In this document: positions 37,916 to 49,045 of the stretch, piece after piece
Layout of the letters: the number at the start of each line of letters is the position of its first letter
How positions within the stretch are numbered: the first letter of the stretch is position 1
Assembly (NCBI RefSeq): GCF_963921235.1
Contig: NC_086101.1
Location: forward strand, 4,714,001-4,778,000
Length of the DNA stretch: 64,000 nucleotides
DNA from: Mobula hypostoma
Lineage: Eukaryota
Direction: 5' to 3'
The notes under the pieces: generated by a model
What the model saw: the letters and a program-made list of their open reading frames with translations, nothing else
Told to the model about the DNA's origin: nothing
The model's database searches: none
Position numbers and translations under genes: made by a program

Positions 37916-38925
37916 ATTAGTTTTCAGCATCATTGCGTGACAGGACCAGACGCACCTTTGCAATGTCAAATGGGGGACTTCGGACTTGGAGGATCTGCCG
38001 GAGGGAGCGGAGCTGGGAATGAGAAGCGAGTCGGGAAGCGACACACACAAAAGGCTGGAGGAACTCAGCAGGCCGGGCAACGTCTATGGAAAAATAGTAT
38101 TGTCGATGTTTAGGGCATTTTGTGTGTGTTGCTTGGATTTCCAGAGTCTGCAAATTTTCTCCTGTTAGCAAGTGGGGGAAATCGTTTCTTCAGAAATAAA
38201 CTTTAGTCCTAAAAGTGTATTGCAAGGAAATATAAAAAGAGCTTTCTTCACAGTTTGCACTCATCACGTCTGAAACGCCATAATGTTAACGGTACATCGA
38301 GTGTTGACGAGAGTCCACTGCTTCCCCGCAGAGCCTTTGCATTGGCTGGGCCGAGCTTCACTGTGTCCCTCAGCACACGCTTCTACAGCCTGGGACATCT
38401 CTGGCAAAAGCCCACGGATCAGAAGTGTATCGTCCCCTCTTACCTCTTGTTTTCACCTGCCCATCACCTCCCCCTGGTGCACTCCCCCCCCCCACCTTCC
38501 CTTTCATCCACAGTCCACTCTCCTCTCCTATCAGATTCCTTCCTCTCCAGCCCTCAACCTTTCCCACCTTTCACCTCCCAGCTACCCACTTCATCCCTCC
38601 CTCCCTCACCCACCCATCTTTCCCCTCACCTGGTCTCTCACCTTTCACCTGCAGCCTGTACTCCTCTCCCCTCTCCCCCCCCCATCTGCTTATTCTGGTT
38701 CCCCCCCCCCCCCTTCATTTCCCGTCCTGATGAAGGGTCTCAGCCTGAAACATCGAGTATTTATTCCTCTCCATAAATGCTGCCTGATCTACTGTTCCTC
38801 CAGCAATGTGTGTGCGTTACCATAGATCTGTTATACTGCTACTTTGGGGATGAAATTTGACAAGCACAATTAACACAGGCACATTTCAAGAATGCTGTAT
38901 TTTCTCAAACACTATGTGGCTAGTC

Positions 38926-39420
38926 CAGACATCCCACCCTGCAAAAACTGATTTCAGGGAGGTAGCACTATCAATTTGCGGGAGACTTCCGGGAGAGGTG
39001 GGATGTCTGCAATAGAGCAGCTCCTTAGCAGCTCGCCAGCTAGTTTAAATAATGTTAGCTATGCTAATGAACGAATGACACCTGTTAAACTCACCTCAAC
39101 ATGTCTTTTACAGTCTTAACCCACCGTGGGCAATAGAAAAGTCACTGTTGCAAACAGTGCAGCGAGCAACACTGTCATTATTTTGACCCCTATTAGGCAG
39201 GGGTACACTTTAGTGTAGTCTGGGGTGACGTACGTTTTATATATTTTTTTGGAACACTCTGCCATGGCGCGCTCTCTCTCTCTCGTGGTCTCTCTCTCTC
39301 TCTCTCGCTTGCTCTCAAAAAAATTGATTTCTGTGATATTGTATACAATTTGCAGGCATCAGGGAGCCACTATTCATATGCGGGAGGCTCCCAGAACTTC
39401 CGGGAGAGTTGGGATGTCTG
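38926..39420. mobile_element. Non-autonomous hAT-like element
   Basis: TIR CAGACATCCCA...TGGGATGTCTG; 8-bp TSD GGCTAGTC / GGCTAGGC; an extra right end internally at 38997-39009. Confidence 0.8.
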
Positions 39421-40274
39421 GGCTAGGCAGTGCAAATGCAGATAGCACGACTGTGCTGACCAGAATCTCAGGTGGTGCCGAGGGGGCGTACAGGAGTTAC
39501 AATCAGAAACAGGCTCGGAGTTGAGATATCTCTCTTCCTTTATCTCTGATCACAGAGCTGAGGTAGATCAGTTGGTTGTGTGGGGTCACGACAACAACCT
39601 TGCACTGGGTAAGACAAAGGAAATGATTGTGGAAGAGGAAATTGGGAGAACACATACCAGTCCTTGTCAAGGGATCAGCATTTGAAAGGGTGAGCAGTTT
39701 CAAATTCCTGGGCGTCAACATCTCTGAAGATCTGTCCCGGGTCCAACATAGTGGTGTCATAACAATCCAATGTCAGCAAGACGAAGGAACTGACCGTAGA
39801 CTTAAGGGGAGGGAAACCAGAGGTCCACAAGCCAGACCTCCCTGGAGGATCAGAGGGGGAGAGGGTCGGCAATTTCAAATTCCTGGGTGTTACTATTTCA
39901 GAGGACCTGTCATGGGCCCAGCACGTACTGTAAGTGCAATTACACAGAAAGCACAGCAACTCCTTAGGAGTTCGTGGAGATTCAGGATGACATCTAAAAC
40001 TTTGACAAGCTTCTATAGATGTGTAGTAGAGAGGATATTGACAGGCTGCATCACAGCCTGGTATGGAAACACTTGCCCTTGGATGGAAAATTCACCATTG
40101 AGCACATCTACATGGAATACCCTCTATTTCCGCACTGGGGAAGAGTCATTGGCGGTTTATGAGCTGAAAAGTTGCCTCTCCAACCGCAAGAACGTGAGTG
40201 ACTGGTGAAGAGGGAGGAGGGAGATGGTTCCTTTTGGCAAACTGAAAATAGAGTGGCAAGGGCACAGATGTTAA

Positions 40275-40580
40275 ATTAAGGCATCCGTTAGACTTGCGAG
40301 ACCATGGATCTGCACCTGGAAGGTCTTCACTCTCCAGGGCGCAGGCCTGGGCAAGGTTGTATGGAAGACCAGTAGTTGCCCATGCTGCAAGTCTCCCCCC
40401 TCCACAACACCAATGTTGTCCAAGGGAAGGGCATTAGGACCCATACAGCTTGGCACCGGTGTCACCGCAGAGCAATGTGTGATTAAGTGCCTTGCTCAAG
40501 GACACAACACGTTCCCTCGGCTGGGGCTCGAACTCAGAACCTTGAGGTCGCTAGTCCAATGCCTTAACCACTTGGCCACA
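40275..40580 (-). mobile_element. tRNA-derived SINE with an RTE-like tail
   Basis: Minus-strand head GTGGCCAAGTGGTTAAGGC (A box)...GTTCGAGCC (B box), followed by gtgtccttgagcaaggcacttaa; tail similar to 7500-7680. Confidence 0.7.
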
Positions 40581-41689
40581 CGCCCACACAGGCACACAGG
40601 TGTATTGGTGAATTAATTAATCCATCACGCATGCAGTGACAAGAGTCGTTTGCATTGACACACTCCCAAAGGTTTTCGGGGGCAGTCGTAAGTGTCGCTA
40701 CACGCTCTGGCTCCAACATAGCATGCCCGTAATGTTCAGCAGAGCAACGTAAGCAACAACCATAGAACTAAACAAGGCAACAACAGTAAAACAGCCCCTT
40801 TTCCACATACAGACACACCCCTGACCCCAGGGCAGGCTGCCTCAAGGACTCCAGACAGACTCTCAAACTTGCAGACATCGAACTCCAAAGCAACATCCTT
40901 ATCAAGGGCCCCCACCATCCAGGACATGCTCCCTTCTCGCTGCTGCCATCAGGAAGAAGGGACAGGAGCTTCAAGACTCTCAGCACCAGATTCAAGAACA
41001 GTTATAATACCTCGACTATCGGGACCTTGGAACAGAGGGGATAACTTCACTTGTCCCAGCGCTGAACTGTTCCCAGAACCTATGAACTCACTTTCAAGGA
41101 CTCTTCTTGATATTTATTGTTTATTTATTTATTGCATTTGCGCAGTTTGTTGTCTTTCACACCTTGGTTGTTTGTCCGTCCTGTCATGTATGGTCTTTCA
41201 TTAGTTCTGTTGTGTTTCTTGGATTTACTGCGATTGCACACAATAAAACAAATCTCCTGGTTGCTTCTGGTGACGTGTACGCAGAGTACTTTGATAATAA
41301 ATTTACTTTGAACTTTGAACCTCCAGTCCATGGCCCCCGCACCCTCTTCCTTTGCCGACCCCGGGGCTCACCAATCACAATTTTGACTCATGACCAAGGA
41401 GTGTCTCAGGCCTCGACTTCTCGACTCGCATGGATTTCCAATATCGATGGTCTCGGGGGCGCGGGAGGGTAGGGGTACTGACACTCGTTGGTGGCGATAG
41501 AAATCATGAGTGATGATCCCATCGAATGCTGATGTTGGTGGGCCAGGCCAAAAAACCACCCTATCCCTGCTGAGACTGGGTGAGACCTGAAGCTGAAGAA
41601 CAGAGATGATGAAAGGTTTGGATGGAGTGGATGTGTGGAGGCTACTTCTAGTTGTGAGAGAGTAGAGGACCAGCCATTCTGCTAGATTC

Positions 41690-42410
41690 TGGCATGGTTC
41701 CTGACAACTGGAAAACTGCAAATCTCACTTCACTCTTCAAGAAGGGAGGGAGGCAGAAGAAAGGAAATTATAGGCCTGACTTCAGTGGCTGGAAAGATTT
41801 TGGAGTCTTATTAAGGATGAAGCTTCAGGGCACATGACAAAATTGACCAGAGTCGGTATGGTTCCTTAAGGGGAAATCTTGCCTGACCAATCTGTTGCAA
41901 TGTTTTGAGGGAGAGTCAGTGCATGTTGTATACTTGGATTTTCAGAAGGCCTTTGACAAGGTACTGCACACGAAAGAAATAAGAGCCCAAGGTATTACAG
42001 TCCAGGTACCAGCATGGACAGGGGATCAGCTGATTAGCAGGAGACAAAGAGCAGGAATAAAGGGAGCCTTTTCTGTTTGGCTGCCAGTGACCAGTGGTTT
42101 GCCGGAGCAGTCAGTGTTGGGGCCGATTTTTTTCATGTTGCACGTCAGTTATTTGGACGAAGGAATTGATGGCTTTGTGGCCAGGTTTATGGACGATACG
42201 AAGATAGGTGGAGGGGCAGGTAGTGTTGAGGAAGCAGGGAATCTGCAGAAAGACTCAGACAGATTGGGGGAAAGGGCAAAGAAGTGGCAGATAGAACATA
42301 AAGTAGGGAAGCACATGGTCGTGCACTTTGGCAGAATGAACAAAGACTTGGACTATTTTGTAAATGGAGAGAAAATTCAAAAATCAGAACTGCTGACGGA
42401 CTTGGGAGTC
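41690..42410 (+). mobile_element. CR1 reverse transcriptase fragment
   Basis: VVYLDFQKAFDKV, WLPVTSGLPEQSVLGP, FMDDTKIGG. Confidence 0.85.
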
Positions 42411-44131
42411 ATCGGGGTCACCGGGTGCTGTAGGGATCCTCAAAGCTGTAGTTTTATTCTCCCTTTCAAAGCCAGCATAAAAGGCATTCAGCTCATCTGG
42501 GGGCGAAGTCTTTCATGATGTCAGGTTGGCTTCTCGGGAGGCAATGGCCTGCAAACCCTTCCAGAATTGACATCCATCTGATTTCACCTGCTACCTTGTA
42601 TGGAATGGTTTCTTTGCTCTTGAGGTAGCCTGCCATGAGTACTGCCAGGTTTTCTTGTCCAGACCCGGGCTGCCAGACTGGAGTCGCAGAGATCTGGCCC
42701 TCAGCAGATTAACAAACTCCCGGTTCATTCACGGCTTTTGGTTCGGATACATACAGTAAGTTCTTGTAGGCACACACTCATCCACACAGGTTTTAATGAA
42801 GGCAGTGACGGCTGTGGCGTATCCATCCAGACTCAAAGATGAATCCCTGAATACAGTCCAGTCCTGTAGGCGCTCCTGTCCGTCCCTTCTTGGTCCTCAC
42901 TGCAGTGCTCAGTCTCTGCCTATACTCAGGGAGTATAGAATACAGCCAGGTGACCAGACTTCCCGGCATGAGGGTGTGTGTGGCAGGGTGCAGTGCATTG
43001 AGTGTACCGCTGTCTTTCAACAGCAGGAGTGGGGTGTTGGTTCTTCTAGTTCCACAAGATGGTAATAATTATTTAGAGACTTTGTCAGGCAAACCTAGTT
43101 AAAATCCCCTGAAAACAATGGGGAAGGCATCAGGGTGTGTGTTTTGTGTCTGCTGATTACATCAGTCAGTTTGTCCAGAGCCTGTTTGACACGGTCCTGA
43201 GATGGAATGTACGCCACTAAACTCTCGTGGCAAATGTGATCCTTGCTGAGCTCTTTCTGGTTCTGCATTGAATGTGTGCGGGGACTCCCTCTCTGTGCAG
43301 AGAAATATTTTGATAGGTGAACGTACTTTCTGCCTGTTACATTGTTTAGGCCAGCAACGGAGGCGGTGTTCGGGGCTTCCTTCATTGTGCCTTCAGCTCC
43401 CAGTCGGTTTTCACTGCTGTCCATCGTGCCAGTCCCGGATGGAGACCCAGGAATACTGTACCGACACACACAGATGTACAAGGTTTCTTCACTGTTGTTC
43501 ATATCAGTTTCGTTAGAACATTCAGGATTGTTTACTCTCAGCTGAACTCCCGAACCTGGAGGACTGGTGGACATTCCACACAGTCAGGAAAACTCACCTC
43601 ACTCACAACCTCACATTTGCCCAAAACATATTCTATACAGTCAGGAAAACTCACCTCACCCACAACCTCACATCATCCCAAAACACAGTCAGGAAAGATA
43701 CTGCCCATCTCAGAACCTCATTCAAGCCTCCACATGGTCCCAGAACACATTCTACACAATCAGAAAAGTTCACAGCACACACAACCTCTCATCGCTCCTG
43801 AACACCACTCGATACAATCAGGAAGTTTCAACAAGGAAGGCTCACCAAGGCCTCCGCTTTCAGAGGAGGCAGAAGAGGGCTGGACTTTGCACGTCCATAC
43901 TCATGTCATTCTCCAGACGCACAGTAGAGGGCAGCCTAACACGCTGTATCACTGCTTGCTCCGGAAAGTGCTCTGTGGCAGACAGGAGGGCTATACAGCG
44001 GGTACATCAAGCTGCCCGGTGCCTCCCTGGCACCAGCCGACCTGCCACTGACACTTATACAGAAAGGGGCCAGTAACACTATGAGGATTCTACCCACCCT
44101 CCTCCTGCACTGCCCCATTCCCATCAGGGAG

Positions 44132-44757
44132 TGAAACACAAACACGAGGCATTCTGCAGATGCTGGAAATTCAAGCAACACACATCAAAGTTGCTAGTGA
44201 ACGCAGCAGGCCAGGCAGCATCTGTAGGAAGAGATACCGTCGACGTTTTAGGCCGAGACCCTTCATCAGGTCTAACTGAAGGAAGAGCTAGTAAGAGATT
44301 TGAAAGCGGGAGGGGGAGGGGGAGATCCGAAATGATAGGAGAAGACGGGAGGGAGAGGGATGGAGCCAGGAGCTGGACAGGTGATTGGCAAAGGGGATAT
44401 GAGAGGATCATGGGACAGGAGGTCCGGGAAGAAAGAAAAGGAGGTGGGAGGGGACCCAGAGGATGGGCAAGAGGTATATTCAGAGGGACAGAGGGAGAAA
44501 AAGGAGAGTGAGAGAAAGAATGTGTGCATAAAAATAATTAACAGATGGGGTACGAGGGGGAGGTGGGGCATTCGCGGAAGTTTGAGAAGTCAATGTTCAT
44601 GTCATCAGGTTGGAGGCTACCCAGACGGAATATAAGGTGTTGTTCCTCCAACTTGAGTGTGGCTTCATCTTTACAGTAGAGGAGGCCATGGATAGACATG
44701 TCAGAATGGGAATGGGACGTGGAATTAAAATGTGTGGCCACTGGGAGATCCTGCTTT
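44132..44757 (-). mobile_element. Penelope-like element 3' part (GIY-YIG C-terminus and terminal region) inserted in a Rex fragment
   Basis: QDLPVATHFNSTSHSHSDMSIHGLLYCKDEATLKLEEQHLIFRLGSLQPDDMNIDFSNF; near-identical to 63125-63755. Confidence 0.85.
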
Positions 44758-45276
44758 AAAACAGTTACTTTCCTCAAGCAGTAAGGCTAATCAACAACCC
44801 CCACCCCCAACCACCACTGCTATACCATTTCCTGTCAGAGTCGACTTATGTGGAGGCACTCCCATGCCGAGCATACGATCAATCAATGTATATCAGCCAA
44901 CTTATGTATTTATAGTTGTGGGGTTTTTGTTTTCATTTTTGTGCTGCAATGATCAGGAGTAAAAATTATTTTGTTCTCCTTTACACTTGCGCATTGGAAA
45001 TAATATGAAATAATCTTGAATCTGACAGATTTCTGAGGCTTTATAAGGCATCGGTCAAACTGCACTTCGAGTACCGTGAGCAGCTTTGGGTCCCTTATTT
45101 GCGAAAAGACATGCCGACATTGGAGGGGGTCCAGAGGAGGTTACGAGAATGATCCCAGCAATGAAAAGGTTATCAAGTGAGGAGTTTTCTATGGCTCTGT
45201 GTCTGTACTTACTGGAGTTTAGAAGAATGAGGGGGTATCTTATAGAACCCTATTGATTATTGAAAGGCCTCAAAAG

Positions 45277-46975
45277 AGTGGATGTGGAGAGGATGTTTCC
45301 TATAGTGGGGGAGTCTAGGACCAGAGGACACAGATAGAGTGGATGTGAAGAGGATGTTTCCTATAGTGGGGGAGTCTAGGACCAGAGGACACAGATAGAG
45401 TGGATGTGGAGAGGATGTTTCCTATAGTGGGGGAGTCTAGGACCAGAGGACACAGATAGAGTGGATGTGGAGAGGATGTTTCCTATAGTGGGGGAGTCTA
45501 GGACCAGAGGACACAGATAGAGTGGATGTGGAGAGGATGTTTCCTATAGTGGGGGAGTCTAGGACCAGAGGGCACAGATAGAGTGGATGTGGAGAGGATG
45601 TTTCCTATAGTGGGGGAGTCTAGGACCAGAGGACACAGATAGAGTGGATGTGGAGAGGATGTTTCCTGTAGTGGGGGAGTCTGGGACCAGAGGGCACAGA
45701 TAGAGTGGATATGGAGAGGATGTTCCCTATGGTGGGGGAGTCTAGGACCGGAGGACACAGATAGAGTGGATGTGGAGAGGATGTTTCCTACGGTGGGGAA
45801 GTCTAGGACCAGAGGACACAGATAGAGTGGATGTGGAGAGGATGTTTCCTACAGTGGGAGAGTCTAGGACCAGAGGGCACAGATAGAGTGGATGTGGAGA
45901 GGATGTTTCCTATAGTGGGGGAGTCTAGGACCAGAGGACACAGATAGAGTGGATGTGAAGAGGATGTTTCCTATAGTGGGGGAGTCTAGGACCAGAGGAC
46001 ACAGATAGAGTGGATGTGGAGAGGATGTTTCCTATAGTGGGGGAGTCTAGGACCAGAGGACACAGACAGAGTGGATGTGGAGAGGATGTTTCCTATAGTG
46101 GGGGAGTCTAGGACCAGAGGGCACAGATAGAGTGGATGTGGAGAGGATGTTTCCTATAGTGGGGGAGTCTAGGACCAGAGGGCACAGATAGTGTGGATGT
46201 GGAGAGGATGTTTCCTGTAGTGGGGGAGTCTAGGACCAGAGGGCACAGATAGAGTAGATGTGGAGAGGATGTTTCCTATAGTGGGGGAGTCTAGGACCAG
46301 AGGGCACAGATAGAGTGGATGTGGAGAGGATGTTTCCTATAGAGGGGGAGTCTAGGACCAGAGGGCACAGATAGAGTGGATGTGGAGAGGATGTTTCCTA
46401 TAGTGGGAGAGTCTAGGACCAGAGGACACAGATAGAGTGGATGTGGAGAGGATGTTTCCTATAGTGGGGGAGTCTAGGACCAGAGGGCACAGATAGAGTG
46501 GATGTGGAGAGAATGTTTCCTATAGTGGGGGAGTCTAGGACCAGAGGGCACAGATAGAGTGGATGTGGAGAGGATGTTTCCTGTAGTGAGGGAGTCTAGG
46601 ACCAGAGGGCACAGATAGAGTGGATGTGGAAAGGATGTTTCCTATGGTGGGGGAGTCTAGGACCAGAGGACACAGATAAGAGTGGACGTGGAGAGGACGT
46701 TTCCTATAGTGGGGGCGTCTAGGACCAGAGGGCACAGATAGAGTGGATGTGGAGAGAATGTTTCCTATAGTGGGGGAGTCTAGGACCAGAGCGCACAGAT
46801 AGAGTGGATGTGGAGAGGATGTTTCCTGTAGTGGGGGAGTCTAGGACCAGAGGGCACAGATAGAGTGGATGTGGAGAGGATGTTTCCTATAGTGGGGGAG
46901 TCTGGGACCAAAAGGCACAGATAGAGTGGGTGTGGAGAGGATATTTCCTATGGTGGGGGAGTCTGGGACCAGAAG
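45277..46975. repeat. 61-bp minisatellite (~28 copies) amplified from an internal CR1 segment
   Basis: Unit GATAGAGTGGATGTGGAGAGGATGTTTCCTATAGTGGGGGAGTCTAGGACCAGAGGGCACA; period 61 (45301, 45362); CR1 sequence continues on both sides. Confidence 0.95.
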
Positions 46976-47066
46976 GCATAGCCTCAGAATAGAGGGATGT
47001 CCATTTAGGAAAGAGATGAGAAGGAACATCTTTCGCCAGAGAGTGATGAATCTGTGGAATTCATTG

Positions 47067-48020
47067 GAAGTGGAGGGATGGGTTAGTAAATTTGCTGATG
47101 ACACAAAGGTTGGGGGTGTTGTGGATATTGTGGAGGGTTGTCAGAGGTTACAGTGGGACATTGATAGGATGCAAAACTGGCCTGAGAAGTGGCAGATGGA
47201 GTTCAACCCAGATAAGTGTGAAGTGGTTCATTCTGGTCGGTCAAATACAATGGCAGAATATAGTATTAATGGTAAGACTCTTGGCAGTGTGGAGGATCAG
47301 AGGGATCTTGGGGTCAGAGACCATAGGACACTCAAAGCATCTGCGCAGGTTGACTGTGTTGTTAAGAAGGCATACAGTGTATTGGCCTTCATCAATCGTG
47401 GAATTGAATTTAGGAGCCGAGAGGTAATGTTGCAGCTATATAGGACCCTGGTCAGATCCCACTTGGAGTACTGTGCTCGGTTCTGGTCGCCTCACTGCAG
47501 GAAGGATGTGGAAACTATAGAAAGGGTGCAAGGATGTTGCCCGGATTGGGGAGCATGCCTTATAAGAATAGGTTGAGTGAACTTGGCCTTTTCTCCTTGG
47601 AGCGACAGAGGATGAGAGGTGACCTGATAGAGGTGTATAAGATGATGAGAGTGTGGATAGTCAGGGGCTTTTTCCCAGGGCTGAAATGGTTGCCAGAAGA
47701 GGACACAGCTTTAAGGTGCTGGGGAGTAGGTACAGAAGAGATGTCAGGGGTAAGTTTTTTACTCAGAGAGTGATGAATGTGTGGAATTCCAATAACCAAT
47801 TTCCCTCAGGATCAATAAAGTATGACTATGACTATGACTATGAATGGGCTGCTGGCAACTGTGGTGGTGGTGGGTCTTTTAAGAGACTTTTGGATAGGTA
47901 TATGAAGCTTAGAAAAATAGGGGGCTATGGGTAATCCTAGGTAATTTCTAAGATAGGGACATGTTCAGCACAACTTTGTGGGCCGAAGGGCCTGTATTGT
48001 GCTGTAGGATTTCTGTGTTT
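47067..48020 (+). mobile_element. CR1 LINE 3' fragment of a second subfamily, nested in another CR1
   Basis: SKFADDTKVGG...WQMEFNPDKCEVVH...LYRTLVRSHLEYC; tail gggccgaagggcctgtattgtgctgtag. Confidence 0.85.
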
Positions 48021-48419
48021 CAGACAGCAGCGAAGGACAAGTCATTGGGTTGATCTGTTCTTGATTAGTCAGGGCGTCAAAGGTTAAGGGGAGAAGGCGG
48101 CAGAATGGAGTTGAGAGGGACACAAACTCAGGCCTGATGGAATGGCAGAGGTGCTGGACGGGCTGAAGGGCCTAACTGTGCACCTGTGCCGTGGGTCTGT
48201 GTGTGTGTGAGTGGATGGCAGGTGAGGAAGGGGTTCGTTCTCTGTTGTTGCTTGTCCCGAACTAAAACATCGACAGGTGCTGGAAATTCAAGCTGGGGGT
48301 ACTCAGCCGGCCAGGCAGCATCTATGGGGAAAGTAAAGTCCAGTCGACGTTTCGGGCCGAGGCCCCTCGGCAGGACTGAATAGGACTGGAATTGTTCCCC
48401 ACCGATAGCTGCTGCCTGG

Positions 48420-48981
48420 CCTGCCGAGCTCCCCCGGCTCCCTCGCCCAGGACGCTGAGCTACCGGCCGCAGTCAGGACTTCCGCGGCTGGCCCCGACGT
48501 TGATTGATGGAACCGTCCGCCAATCGAATGAGGCGACGGCTGCTCAGCACGATGGGAACAGCTTCTATGCTGGGATTGGCCGACTCCTGATCGTCGGAAC
48601 GGATTGGTGGTGGTGATTGGCCGATCTCAGAGCGCTGTGTGCTAATTCTTGACTAGGATTGGACAATCCGTCACCAAATTTAATGGGTTTTGCGCGGCGA
48701 TAGGTCAAGCTGCAGAAACGGTCTGTGGGGCACGGATTGGCCAATCCCTGAACGATGGGAGCGGATTGTGCCTAGTGATTGGGCAAACACTGAGCGATGT
48801 GAGCGGCTCCTGTTGGGGATTGGTCAAGCGCTTCGTCACTCAGTGAGGGGGAGGGGTGGGTTTCCGGTGATGGGCCTGGGCCTTTTGAGGGTGTCAGGTT
48901 GGAATAGAAGGCCGACAATTGACTTTTGAGGCGTCGCGCTCAGGAAACGGAGGGGCGGACAACACCCTATCTTCAGGCGCC
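48420..48981 (+). promoter_or_regulatory. CpG-rich promoter of the ATF6B-like gene with multiple CCAAT boxes and a GC box
   Basis: High CpG density; ATTGG at 48575, 48603, 48616, 48658, 48736, 48778 and 48819; CCAAT at 48520 and 48741; GGGGCGG at 48952. Confidence 0.75.
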
Positions 48982-49042
48982 ATGGCAACGGAGCTGGACA
49001 GTCGGTTCTTCGCGGACAACCTGCTGAGCAGCGAGGATTGGG
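48982..49042 (+). CDS. atf6b: ATF6-beta-like bZIP transcription factor, first coding exon (later exons not found in the window)
   Basis: GCGCCATGG Kozak; [20 protein letters not shown] resembles the recalled human ATF6B N-terminus ...TRFFTDNLLSPEDW; phase-1 donor G|gtagga. Confidence 0.8.
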
Positions 49043-49045
49043 GTA

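Noticed and set aside
40515..40580. tRNA gene on the minus strand
   Set aside because: A and B boxes are present, but the sequence runs into a SINE body and no complete acceptor stem was seen
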